DNA of 63,755 nucleotides, filler included, from Chiloscyllium plagiosum (GCF_004010195.1; 5 parts of 2 records of this genome joined end to end with filler, not necessarily neighbours in it); one strand, 5' to 3'; counted from the whole stretch's first letter, positions 50,015-63,036 are shown. Notes: generated from the letters alone by a model not told the origin. A program made the numbers and translations.

Positions 50015-52615
50015 AGTCATCAATTCATAGAGATGTACAGCACGGAAACAGACTCTTCGGTCCAACCCGTCTATGCTGAACAGATATCCCAACCTAATCT
50101 AGTCCCATTTGCCAACACCCAGACCATATCCCTCTAAACCTTCCTATTCATATACCCATCCAGATGTCTTTTAAATGTTGCAATTGTACCAGCCTCTACT
50201 ACTTCCTCTGGCAGCTCATTCCATATACACACCACTCTCTGCGTGAAAAAGTTGCCCCTTAGGTCCCTTTTATAACTTTCCACTCTCACCCTAAACCTCT
50301 ACCCACTAGTTTTGGACTCCCCCACCAGGGAAAAGACCATGTCTATCCATACCCTCATGATTTTATTAACCTCTATGAGGTCACCCCTCAGCCTTTAATG
50401 CTACAGGGAAAACAGCCCCAGCCTGTTCCCTATACCTCAATCCTCCAACCCTGGCGACATCCTTGTAAATCTTTTTTTAACCCTTTCAAGTTTCACAACA
50501 TCCTTCCATTATGAAGGAGACCAGAATTGCACACAATTTTCGAAAAGTGGCCTAACCAATGTCCTGTACAACCGCAAAATGACCTCCCAACTCCTATACT
50601 CGATGCTCTAAACAATAAAGGAAAGCATACCAAATGGCTTTTTTCACTATCTTATCTGCCTGTGACTCTTCTTTCAAGGAGCTATGAACCTGCACTCCAA
50701 GGTCTATATGTTCAGCCCCACTTTCTAGGAACTTACCATTAGGTCCTCTAAGATTTGTTTTCCCAAAATGCAGCACCTTGCATTTATCTAAGTTAAATTC
50801 CATCTGCCACTCCTTAGCCCATTGGCCCATCTGATAAAGACCCTGTTATAATCTGAGGTAACCTTCTTCGCAGTCCACTACACCTTCAATTTTGGTGTCA
50901 TCTGCAAACTTGCTAACCTACCTCCTATGTTCATATTCAAATCATGTATATAAATGATGAAAAGTAGAGGACCCAGTACCGGTCCTTGTGGCACTCCTCT
51001 GGTCACAGATCTCCAGTCTGAAAAGCAACCCTCCACACCACCCTCTGTCTTCTACCTTTGAGCCAGTTCTGTATCCAAATGGTGAGTCCTCTCTGTAATC
51101 AATGAGATCTAACCTTGCTAACCAGTCTCCCACGGGGAACCTTGTCGAACACCTTACTGAAATCCATATGGATCACTTCCACTGCTCTGCCCTCATCAAT
51201 CCTCTTCGTTATTTTTTCAAAAAACCCAATTCGTGAGCATGATTTCCCAAGTACAAAGCCATGTTGACTATCCCTAATCAGTGAGTGCCTTTCCAAATGC
51301 ATGTACATCCTGTCCCTCATGATTCCCTCCAACAACCTGCCCACCACTGACATCAGGCTCACCGGTCTCTAGTTCCCTGGCTTGTCCTTACCATCTTTCT
51401 TAAATAATGGTACCACGTTAACCAACCTCTAGTGTTCCGGCACCTCACCAGTGACTATCGATGATACAATCTCAGCAAGGGACCCAGCAATCACTTTCCT
51501 AGCTTCCCACAGAGTTCGAGGGAACACCTGATCAGGTCCTAGGGATTTATCCACCTTTATGCGTTTCAAGACATCCAGCACTTTCTCTTCTGTAATATGG
51601 ATATTTTTTTAAGATGTCACCATCTATTTCTTCACATTCTATATCTTCCATGTCCTTCTCCACAGTAAACACTGATGCAAAATACTCATTTAGTATCTTC
51701 CCCCATCTCCTGTGGCTCCACACAAAGGCCACCTTGCTGATCTTTGAGGGACGCTATTCTCTCCCTTGTTACCCTTTTGTCCTTAATGTATTGTAAAAGC
51801 CCTTTGATTCTCCTTAACCCTACTTGCCAAAGCTATCTTATGTCCCCTTTTTGCCCTTCTGATTTCCCTCTTACGTATACTCCTACTGCCTTTATACTCT
51901 TCTAAGGATTCACTCGATCTCTCCTGTCTATACCTAATATACCTAATATATGCTTCCTTCTTTTTCTTAACCCAACCCTCAATTTCTCTAGTCATCGAGC
52001 ATTCCCTATACCTACCAGCTTTTCATTTCACCCTAACAGGAATATCCTGTCTCTGGACTCTCATTATCTCATTCTGAAGGCATCCCATCTTCCAGCCATC
52101 GCTTTATCTGCAAACATCTGTCCCCAATCAGCTTTTGAATGTTCTTGCCTAATACCGTCAAAATTAGCCTTCCTCCAATTTAGAACTTCAACTGTGAGAT
52201 CTGGTCTGTCCTTCTCCATCACTATTTTAAAACGAATAGTATTATGGTCGCTGGCCCCAAAGTGCTCCCCCACTGACACCTCAGTCACCTGCCCTGCCTT
52301 ATTTCCCCAAAGGTCAAGTTTTGCACCTTCTCTCGTTGATACATCTACATACTGACTCAGAATTTTCTTGTACACATTTAACAAATTCCTCTCCATCTAA
52401 ACCCTTAACACTATGGCAGTCCCAGTCTGTTTGGAAAGCTAAAATCCTCTACCATAACCACCCTATTATTCTTACAGATAACTGAAATCTCCTTACAAAA
52501 TTGTTTTTTCAATTTCCCGCTGACTATTAGGGGCTCTGTAATACAATCCCATTAAGGTGATCAGCTCTTTCTTATTTCTCAGTTTCAGAGATGTATTTCC
52601 AGGAATATCCTCCTT
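50015..52615 (-). mobile_element. CR1 LINE, about 2.6 kb
   Basis: GEHFGASDHN, DFSKVFDKVP, WQMEFNLDKC, 3' tail. Confidence 0.95.
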
Positions 52616-52619
52616 AAGT

Positions 52620-52768
52620 ACAAAGTTAAAACCCACAAAGTTATAGTCCAACAGGTTTAATTGGAAGCACACTAGCTTTTGGAGCGATGCTCCTTCATCA
52701 GGTGATAGTGGAGGGCTCGATCTTAACACAGAATTTATAGCAAAAATTTACAGTGTGATGTAACTGAA
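52620..52768 (-). mobile_element. PLE terminus (hammerhead with G12A), cut by gap spacer 52769-52868
   Basis: Minus strand cacCUGAUGAaggagcaucgcuccAAAAgcuagug. Confidence 0.8.
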
Positions 52769-52868
52769 NNNNNNNNNNNNNNNNNNNNNNNNNNNNNNNN
52801 NNNNNNNNNNNNTTAATTAATTAANNNNNNNNNNNNNNNNNNNNNNNNNNNNNNNNNNNNNNNNNNNN

Positions 52869-54216
52869 TCTGACCTCAGTGGTGGGAAAGATGCTGGAGT
52901 CTATTATAAAGGATGAAATTACGACACATCTGGATAGCAGTAACAGGATAGGTCAGAGTCAGCATGGATTTATGAAGGGGAAATCATGCTTGACTAACCT
53001 TCTGGAATTTTTTGAGGATGTAACTCTGAAGATGGACAAGGGCGATCCAGTGGATGTAGTGTACCTGGACTTTCAGAAAACCTTTGATAAAGTCCCACAC
53101 AGGAGGTAAGTGAGCAAATTTAGGGCGCATGGTATTGGGGGCAAAATACTGACTTGGATTGAAAATTGGTTGGCTGACAGGAAACAAAGAGTAGTGATAA
53201 ACGGCTCCCTTTCGGAATGGCAGGCAGTGACCAGTGGGGTACCGCAAGGATCAGTGCTGGGACTGCAGCTTTTTACAATATATATTAATGATATAGATGA
53301 TGGTATTAAAAGTAATATTAGCTGATGACACAAAGCTGGGTGGCAGGGTGAAATGTGAGGAGGATGTTCGGAGATTACAGGGTTACCTGGACAGGTTAGA
53401 TGAGTGGACAGATGCATGGCAGATGCAGTTTAATGTGGAAAAATGTGTGGTTATCCACTTTGGTGGCAGGAACAGGAAGGCAGATTACTACCTGAATGGA
53501 GTCACGTTAGGTAAAGGGGCAGTACAACGAGATCTAGGTGTTCTTGTACATCAGTCAATGAAGGTAAGCATGCAGGTACAGCAGGTAGTGAGAAAGCCAA
53601 TAGCATGCTGGCCTTCATAACAAGAGGAATTGAGTATAGAAGCAAAGAGGTTCTTCTGTACAGGGCCCTGGTGAGACCACACCTGGAATATTGTGTGCAG
53701 TTTTGGTCTCCAAATTTGAGGAAAGACATTCTGGCTATTGAGGGAGTGCAGCGTAGCTTCACGAGGTCAATTCCTGGAATGGCGGGTCTAACTTACGCTG
53801 AAAGACTGGAGCAACTGGACTTGTATATCCTTGAGCTTAGAAGGCTGAGAGGGGATCTGATTGAGACGTATAAGATTATTAAAGGATTGGACACTCTGGA
53901 GGCAGGAAGCATGTTTCCGCTGATGGGTGAGTCCCAGTTTAAAAATAAGGGGTAGGCCACTGAGAACATAGTTGAGGAGAAACTTCTCCACCCAGAGAGT
54001 GGTAGGTGTATGGAATGCTCTGCCCCAGAAGGCTGAGGAGGCCAAGTCTCTGGATAAGAGTTGGATAGAGCTCTTAAGGATAGTGGAATCAAGGGTTATG
54101 GGGATAAGGCAGGAACAGGATACTGATTGAGGATGATCAGCCATGATCATAATGAATGATGGTGCTGGCTCGAAGGACAGAATGGCCTACTCCTGCACCT
54201 ATTGTCTATTGTCTAT
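52869..54216 (+). mobile_element. Young CR1 RT and 3' UTR (same family as 9977-11052)
   Basis: QHGFMKGKSCLTNLLEFF, GVPQGSVLG, (tattgtc) tail. Confidence 0.95.
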
Positions 54217-54703
54217 TCTCCATAGGGAAGGGAGTTCAAAACTAGAGGGCATATTTTAAAGATGAGAGGAGAAAGAATTAAAAGGGACCTGAGGGATAAC
54301 TTTTTCACAGAGTGTGGTTCAACACAGATACAGCTGCAACATATAAAAGACATTTGGACAGGTATGTGAATAGGAAAGGTTTAGGGAGATATGGGCCAAC
54401 TGTAGCCAAATGGGGCTAGTTTAGTTTGGGAAACATGGCCAGCACAAACGAGTTGGACAAAAGGGTCGGCTTCGGTGCTGTATGTTTCCATGACTCTCCA
54501 ACTTTCAACAAATGCTGCTGAAGGAATTCCTCTCGGAGTTTCCATAACAGTGTTTCACTTTGGCTTGAAAGGTGAAGTCAATGGTGTGCAGTAAACAGCA
54601 AGGCACTGATTTCTCATATGGACATGCCTATTCATTATGTTGTATAATGCTACTCAGAATGAAGATTGTTTATCTTTAAGTGTAGCAAACTACAGGGTCC
54701 AGT

Positions 54704-54746
54704 TTCAACTTTGATCTCCAGCATCTGCAGACCTCACTTTCTCCTC
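54704..54746 (+). mobile_element. 43-nt PLE terminal fragment flanked by a perfect 71-bp duplication
   Basis: gatctccagcatctgcagacctcactttctcctc; flanks 54633-54703 and 54747-54817. Confidence 0.88.
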
Positions 54747-55904
54747 CATTATGTTGTATAATGCTACTCAGAATGAAGATTGTTTATCTTTAAGTGTAGC
54801 AAACTACAGGGTCCAGTGTGGAGTAGGAGAACTGCTTCCTGTCCAGCTCGGATAATGCTGACCAAGTTTCCAAAAAACTAGTCTCATTTGGCTCATGCCC
54901 CTCTAACCCTTTCCTATTCAAGTACCTGTGTAAATGTCTTTGAAATGTTGTGATTGTACCTGCATCAAACTACCTTCTGTTACCCCTCAGGTCCTTTTTA
55001 AATCTTTTCCCTCTCACCTTAAAAATATGCTGCCTAGTTTTGAACTGCCCTACCCTAAGGAAAAGACTTTATTGCTATCTATGCTGATCATGATTTTATA
55101 AACCTCTGTAAGATATTGTTTATTGCCAGTTGGCTATTAGTTATTGGATAGATTGATGCGATGGGCTTGAAAAAAAAATTACAAATTTATTCAAAAAGGG
55201 GTCCCTTTTTATTCATATATTTAGCAACATTAAAGTTCGAGGACTGAAACAATAGCCTGGTTCATATGTCTTTTGAATTGACAAGAGGCTGCTTACAGAG
55301 CAAACAGAAAAATGACACAATGAAAATAAATTGAAACCCAACTCATTCATCCATAAAAGTGGGTATCAATTAGCTTCTCTCTTTCCTTTGGACACAGTGA
55401 TGCATAGCTCTGTCATGATCTCTTGAATATCTCTCTTGTTCAATTGTTTCCCTCCTGACTGTCATCCTTATTGACATTCCCAGAAGGTTGCTGTCAATCC
55501 TCAGTCCTTCTATATCAGGGCCATCCCGTTTTATTGGCTCCAGCTGTGAGGGTGCAGAATGCTACAATGATGTGGCACACTCTTTTTGGGCTGCATTGAA
55601 AACCAGACATTAAACCCTCACCTTAAAGCAGGCTTTGGTCTGTTCCACTGTGGCTCAGGTGAAGGTGTTGTTTCTTCATTCTGGAGTATATAACCTTAGT
55701 TACTTTGGGGAAATAATATTCTGACATTAATGCATCATCATAGCTCCCCCTTCCAAATAAATGGCAGTCTTGAAAAACACATCATGTCCTTGCGTATTAC
55801 ACTTCAGTTGTGAATGTGGCAGACCTGAAGTGATGGCTTTCCATGTCAGGTATGAAATACAAATTTCAAAAAAATGTCAAACCCAGGTGGGACATCTCGT
55901 AGAC

Positions 55905-56415
55905 TCATAGTCATAGAGTCACTCAGCACAGAAACAGACCCTTCGGTCCAACCAGTTCACGCTGGCCATAATCCCAAACCAAATTAGTCTGACCTGCCAG
56001 CTCCTGGCCCATATCCTTTGAAACATTTCTTGTTCATATACTTATCCAAATGTCTTTTAAACATTGTAACACTACCCGCATCCACCACTTCCTCTGGAAG
56101 TTCATTCTACACACGAACCACTCTCTTCGTAAAAAAAAGCCCCTCGTATCTTTTTAAAATTTTCTCCTCTCTCGTTAAGGCTATGCCCTCTAGGTTTGAA
56201 CTCTCCCACCCTCGGGAAAAAAATACCTGCCATTCACCTTATCTATATCCCTCATGATTTTATAAACCTCAATAAGGTCACTCCTCAACCTCGTATGCTA
56301 CAGTGAAAAAGTCCCAACCTCTCCATTTCCAGCAACATTTTGGTAAATCTCTTCTGAATCCTCTCCAGCCAAATATTATCCTTCTTATAACAGGATGACC
56401 AGATCTGCACACAGT
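55905..56415 (-). mobile_element. CR1 3' fragment
   Basis: Reverse 3' UTR and GDLIEVYKIMR motif. Confidence 0.85.
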
Positions 56416-56636
56416 AATGCTAGTGTCTGAATAGATTTGTTTATTGAACATGACAAGGAAAAAATTATTGCAAGCAACGTAATGGTCGTGATTATTTGAG
56501 ACTATATATTTTAATGCCTATTCTTGGACAAAGAATAGCTACCAATGGGTTACAATTTGATGTCGGATGGGTGGAATTACGAGAATCAGCGGATTCATGA
56601 TTAATTCAATTGGCCCAAGTAGAACATCAAATTCGA

Positions 56637-57735
56637 AGTTAAAAATCACACAGCACCAGGTTTATTTGGAAGCACTAGCTTTCGGAGCGCTGCTCCTTCA
56701 TCAGGTGGTTGTGGATAATAAGATCGTAAGACACAGAATTTCTAGCAAATGTTTACAGTGTGATGTTGCTGAAATTATATAAACTTGAAAAGACCTGGAA
56801 TGTTTGTTAAGTCTCTATCTTTTAGAATTAACATGTTGGTTTCAGTTCTTTCATCTGTAAATCGCAGAACTTTTTACAGTTAAGTGAACTTTAACAATTG
56901 GTGTCATGTTGGCCCAGAAAAGGCATTGAAGGTGTGAGGTGCCCTGTGTGAGGCTGTCTATGCCACAATGTTCAGACTGATTCTAATCTAAAAAACAGAT
57001 TTACAGAATCATGCAGTTTTTGACCAAAATACAATGTAATTCTGCAAGTACAAATTCACTCACAAACTTATGTGTGAGTGTATGTGTGTCTGTAAGAGTG
57101 TGTGTCTGTAGGAGTATCTGTGTGTGTGTGTAGGAGTCTGTGTCTGTGTGTCCGTGTGTCCGCGCATGTGTGTGCGTCTGTGTGTCCGTGTGCATGTCTG
57201 TGTCTGTCTGTGTGTCCGCGTGTCCGCGCGTGTGTGTGTGTCTGTGTGTCCGTGAGCATGTGTGTGTGTGTGTGTGTATATGTGTGTGTGGTGTAGTGGG
57301 ATCACCTGTAATGTGACATGAACCCAAGGTCCCGGTTGAGGCCCTCCCTGTGGGTACCGAACTTGGCTATCACCCTCTGCTCGGCCACTTTGCGCTGTTG
57401 CCTGTCCCGAAGTCCACCCTGGAGGATGGTCACCCGAAGGTCTGAGGTCAAATGTCCTGGACCGCTGAAGTGTTCTCCTACTGGGAGGGAACACTCCTGT
57501 CTGTTGATTGTTGTGCAGTGCCCATTCAGCCGTTGCCGTAGCCTCTGCTCTATCTTGCCAATGTATGTTGCTTCGGGGCATCCTTGCCTGTAGCGTATGA
57601 GATAGATAACATTGGCTGAGCCACATGAGTACCTGCCATGAACACAGTAGGAGGTGTCCCCAAGTGCAATGGTGGTATCCATGTCTATGCTCTGACACGT
57701 CTTGCAGTGTCTACCGTGACAAGGTTTAATGGTGT
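56637..57735 (-). mobile_element. PLE 3' portion: GIY-YIG endonuclease (57302-57682), (CA)-rich microsatellite, terminal hammerhead
   Basis: NVIYLIRY...YIGK..QRLRQR.NGH...VGEHF. Confidence 0.92.
56673..56707 (-). ncRNA. Minimal hammerhead ribozyme, core intact
   Basis: cac-CUGAUGA-A-GGAGC-agc-GCUCC-GAAA-GCUA-gug; palindromic AGCU stem III. Confidence 0.8.
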
Positions 57736-60377
57736 CTCTAACTGCAAAGAGAAAAACTGTAATTTACTCTGTCCACTTTGCTGTGGTGGCAGCCAATTTG
57801 TCATTGCTCAGTTGATTCTAAATCTAAGATGCCAGGTTTGCAACTTCACATCCTCAAGCGAGATTTGCAAGTTTCACCTGAGATGTAGGAGAGTGTCAGG
57901 GAGAGCTATAGAGACATAGAAACAGTCCCTTTGGCCAACCATGTGTAGGCCAATCAACAAACAGCAAGATTTGGTCCAAATCCTACTCTGCCCTGGCATT
58001 TGAAGTACTCATCCAGATCCTTTTTAAATGTTATGACGAATGTTTTTATTTCCTTTGTGTTGCTGTTCATGTCCTCAATGACCTGTCACCCTTCCCTACT
58101 TCCATTCATCCCTTTTATGTGATTAATAATGCCCTCAATTTATTTACTGCGTCCATGGTGTTGTGAATTGCCATGCACTTAACTGACCATACACTCTCCC
58201 CATCTTGACAATGTCATTTGTAAGAAACCCCTACCCTAATCTTTACATCTCCTCCTATACTTAATGAAATTCCAATTTTCTATCTCAAAGTACCCTTTTT
58301 CACTATAATTATTCCCTGAGTGATCCAGTCCTGTGAACCCCAAACTCCAGGCTTGAGCTTCCCACATTCCGCAAGGATTGTCCCTGCCCACTGACCATTA
58401 CTGCCCAATTCCCCAGGACTGAACATGCCCACTCCCTGGAATGATGTGGCAAAACAGCTTGACTGGTTATGGTCTAGCCCTTAGATTGCTGTATGTGCAG
58501 CACTCTGACTAACCTATCTGTAATCCTCTGGCTGTCTGCACTTGACCTAAAGGACTGACTGATGCCCAATCCAATGGTTCTGTTTGGAAAAGGTACCTGA
58601 CTGTTGCAAAGCCCCAGCATTATAATCGGGCAAGCCCTTTGACTGACTGTAATCTCTGTTAACCTCAGAAATGACTGGTCCCCTTTGACTTTGAGACATC
58701 CTGTGCTTTTCCCATTGGCTGCAGGTGCTGTATAGCAGTGTATCTAACCATTTGACTGATCAGAGCTCCAAACCATGACAAATTGCCTGTACCTCTGTGC
58801 TAATAGAGCAATTCAAGAAGCAGTGACTGACAGCTTGCATGTTACCATTGAAGAGCCTAAGCACTGAAAATCAATACAAACCACAGAGGTTGACAGTCTC
58901 CAAGTCAGCGTAAAGTGAGTGAGTGCTAACAAATCAAGCAAAGAGCCGTAAAATACACTCTCTGTAGATTCATGAGCTCTGTGTGTGTGTGTCCCTGCAC
59001 ACAGCAACCTGACAGAAGTTTGCAAATCATGTGTGCCTAAGTTCCAAAGTTAAGTCCTGATGGGCTGAAGTTAGTTTGCACTAACTCCTACAAAATAGCC
59101 ATCATGATGTAGTGAGGCTGGTGGTTTTGTGATTCTTACTTGCATGGACACAGAGTGGAAGAAGATGGTGTTCATGCATCATCCGGGTAATTGATGGCAA
59201 AGGAGGAGGTATCTGAAGGCCCAGAGGAACAAACGAGTAACCTTCATTTTGGGAATTGGCACCAGCTACTTTGGAGGTGAATTAAGCTAATAATGAGACA
59301 TCGAAATAAGGCAGTTCTCACTCATTGGGAAGGTTCAGAACCTGCTATTTGAAGGAGAAAATCAAAAATTTTTCTTGATGTCGAGAATCTGATTTTTTCA
59401 TTTTTGTGGTATTTTTCCAATCTTCTCCTCAGTTCCCACGTTGCTCAACAAGTGCATTAAACTCCACTCTGTGTGTCACTATGGTATACTTTCTAAAGTG
59501 ATCTATTGTGTGACAGATAAAGCATTCACTTTTAATTTCTGGGCATTGTCTTCATCCCATCTCATCACTGCTTTGTTGCTCCAAAGTATGGAGAAGGAAT
59601 TTTAGTTTCTGGTGCTTGTCTGAATCACTGCATTGTTTCTTGTGTGTGTTGCTCATTGTGTTGCACCTTAATATCGAATGGACTCTGCTGATATCTTGTG
59701 CCCAGGTTGATCTTTTTCTCTTAGGATTGATCGATGCTGTTTCTGACCTTCTGATCATTTGTCATTTCAATGGCTTTGTTGAGCGAAATCTGACAAACAC
59801 TCATCAACAATTCCAGCAATAATTTTGTCTCTTCTGGTGTCCAACTTGAAGATACTATATAGGTATTTCTCCCTACTCTGTAGTGATCATTAATGAAATC
59901 AACTATGAATTTCTATGAATGCTGAACTCCTCTATCAAGTCTTGTTTTTTGTATTTGTTCTGAGGTTGAAGAATTGTCGAAGAGTTGAAACAAGTCTTCA
60001 AAAGTGTTTCACTATTTGGCATGTTATAATATCATCAGTTATATTGCAATGTCCCACATTTTCAACCTTACCCCTCACCTGAGGCATGGTGACACTGTTT
60101 AAACCAATGCCAGATGTCTCTAATTAAAGAGCAGCCTTATGTTTCTCTGGGACAATGGCAACTTGACATTATCTTTAATCATATGTGGAGGTGTATTTAT
60201 TTGTTCGACTTATTTGGAATATATTTTCTACCTCAAAAATTTGTTTCTCCAATTCTATGTTCTCGTTGCTCCATCTCTGATATTCTGTCTACCTGGAAAT
60301 ATATTTTTTTTTCTCCTAATGCGATTATACATTTTGCTTGATCAAAATTCTTTTATTTCATACTAATATTAGTTGTG

Positions 60378-60970
60378 GTCAGAGTATTGTGTACAGGGGT
60401 TGGAAGGTCATGTTGTGGCTGTATAGGACTTTGGCTAGGCCACTTTTGAAACAGTATGTACAATTCTGGTCTCCTTCCTATTGGAAGGATTTTGTGAAAC
60501 ATGAAAGGATTCAGAAAAGATTTACAAGGATGTTGCCAGGGTTGGAAGATTTGACCTATAGGGAGAGGCTGAAGAGACTGGGGCATCAGAAGCTGAGAGG
60601 TGACCTTATAGTGGTTTATAAAATCATGAGGGGCCTGGATAGGATAAATAAAGTCTTTTCCCTGGGCTGGGGGAGTCCAAAACTAGAGGGCACCTATTTA
60701 GGGTCAGAGGGGAACGATATAAAAGGGACCTAAGGAGTAACTTTTTCACACAGAGGGTGGTGTTTGTATGGAATGAGCTGCCAGAGGAAGTGGTGGAGGC
60801 TGGTACAATTGCAGCATTTAAAAGGCATTTTGATGAGTATACGAATAAGAAGGGTTTAGAGGGATATGGGCCAAGTGCTGGCAAATGGACAAGATTGGGT
60901 TGGGATATCTGGTCGGCATGGGCGAGTTGGACCAAAGGATCTGTTTCCATGCTGTACATCTCTATGACTC
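60378..60970 (+). mobile_element. CR1 3' end
   Basis: VQFWSP, RGDLIVVYKIMRG, atctctatgactct tail. Confidence 0.92.
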
Positions 60971-61183
60971 TGTGCTGTAGTCATACTGGAGGGTTTTCCA
61001 ATGTTTTGTGATTAAAATTAAGGAATCCTTGAGCAGGTATTTCATAATGTTCAGGAAAATTGTATAGAAATAACACAGTGAGAAGACCAATCCACCTGCA
61101 GTGAACAAAGATGGCCAAGGAGAATATTCAATTACAGACTAAGGCATGTAAAGTGAAAAATCTAGTAGTCAGCCAGAGATTAA

Positions 61184-61325
61184 GTCAGAAATCACATGAC
61201 ATCATGTTATAGTCCAACAGGTTTACTTGAAGTCACAAGCTTTCAAAGCACTGTTCCTTCACCTCTGAAAGCCTGTGTTTTACATTAAACCTGTTGGTCT
61301 AGAACCTGGTGTCATGTGACTTCTG
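61184..61325. mobile_element. Miniature head-to-head PLE terminus
   Basis: cagaaatcacatgaca..tagtccaacaggttta vs taaacctgttgg..tgtcatgtgacttctg. Confidence 0.7.
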
Positions 61326-61651
61326 TGACGTCACTTCCGCCCCCACCGACCTCGCAACCTTCATGATCGCGGCCCAAACAACCGCCTCCGGAATCGCCGC
61401 ACAGACAACCTGCTCTGCGATCGTCATGAAGACAATCACCAACAGATTGGCGACCTCCGCGGCTATGGGGAAGAACTCTGTCTGCGTGGTCGCCGCAGCA
61501 ACTTCCGCCCCCAGTGACGTCAGCAATCTACGTTTGGACCATATCGCCGCATGTGTCTCCGCCCCCCCGCCGCGTTCCGCCACCACGCCTAACTCCGCCC
61601 CCCGGCCGAGTTCCGTCACCGCGCCTAACCCCGCCCCCACGCCGCGTTCCG
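61326..61651 (+). repeat. CpG-rich segment with 36-bp repeats, cut by gap spacer 61652-61751
   Basis: Dense CpG, repeated ttccgccccc, open frame with 12-aa repeats SAPPPRSATTPN/SAPRPSSVTAPN. Confidence 0.8.
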
Positions 61652-61751
61652 NNNNNNNNNNNNNNNNNNNNNNNNNNNNNNNNNNNNNNNNNNNNTTAAT
61701 TAATTAANNNNNNNNNNNNNNNNNNNNNNNNNNNNNNNNNNNNNNNNNNNN

Positions 61752-62003
61752 CTGAGGGGCAACCTTTTCACGCAGAGGGTGGTACATGTATGGAATGAGC
61801 TGCCAGAGGATGTGGTGGAGGCTGGTACAATTGCAACATTTAAGAGGCATTTGGATGGGTATATGAATAGGAAGGGTTTGGATGGATATGGGCCGGGTGC
61901 TGGCAGGTGGGACTAGATTGGGTTGGGATATCTGGTCGGCATGGACGGGTTGGACTGAAGGGTGTGTTTCTATGCTGTACATCTCTATGACTCTATGACT
62001 CTA
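61752..62003 (+). mobile_element. CR1 3' end with (ctctatga) tail
   Basis: FTQRVVHVWNELP and 3' UTR. Confidence 0.92.
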
Positions 62004-62762
62004 CGAGATGTTAATATGGTGAGAATGAAGAGGAGTCTCATGTGGAACTCAAAGACCAGTATTGTTCGGTTCGACTGAATGAGGAAATGTGGAATGAGGA
62101 AATGAGTGAAATAATCCAGAGAGGCCGAATGGCCTACTCCTGCTCCCTATGATCACTTGCATGTTTCTGTGCTGTAAAATTTAATGTGATTGAGAGAAAT
62201 CATACCTTGAGTCCTCATGGCCTTGCCCCATGTCATCTCGAAATCGAATTATTTACCTGCACTAGTGAACAATGTCCCATTTAAATGCAGAAGCTTACCC
62301 ATAGTCAGTCGAGCAGAGGGAACGTAGACTGATGTACCAATTTCCTGTCTGAGGGTAAGGGATACGCAGCCGCGTTACATTTGAGGTAGAGTTGACCAAC
62401 AAGAGAAACCCCGCGGACGTTTCTGGAACAGAAGATAAGACAGGAATGTTTCAGTTCTGAGTGAGTTGAATAATCCTTCCTTCTCTGTCAGTGGATGCTC
62501 AGTATTTGTATCTCCTTGCCCACACTCCAAGAAGTTCCCTCAGGGAAAGGTGGGAGAGGCAGGCAGCTCTTGGGCTAGTGACCCAGGCAGCTGAAGACAA
62601 TTGCCATTGAGTCATAGGGTATTACAGCGCTGATTGAGATCCTTTGGCCCATTGTGTCCATGCTGGCCATCAAACATCCAATTATTCAAATCCCATTTTC
62701 CAGCACTTGACCCACACATGGACCAGCACATGCAATGGTGTGTCAAATGTCTCACAGAACCT

Positions 62763-63036
62763 CTACAGTGTGGAAGCAGGCCATCCAGCCCTTCGAGTCA
62801 ACACCAATCCTCTGGGGAGCATCCCATCCAGACCCACCACCTCTGCCCTGACACTGTAACTCTGCATTTCCCATGGCCAATCCACTAAACCTGCACATCT
62901 TTGGATTGTGGGAGGAAACTGGAGCACTCAGAGGAAACCCACTCAGGCATGAGGAGAACGAGCAAACTCCACACAGTCTCCTGGGGTGTCAGGAGCTGTG
63001 AGGCAGCAGTGCTAACCACTGAGCCACAGTGCCACC
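62763..63036 (-). mobile_element. HE1-related SINE
   Basis: Reverse of ggtggcactgtggctcagtggttagcactgctgcctcacagc head and HE1 body. Confidence 0.85.

Noticed and set aside
44744..54817. Repeat-insert-repeat units resembling CRISPR
   Set aside because: Only two copies each, repeats are 71-93 bp, eukaryotic context, no cas genes.
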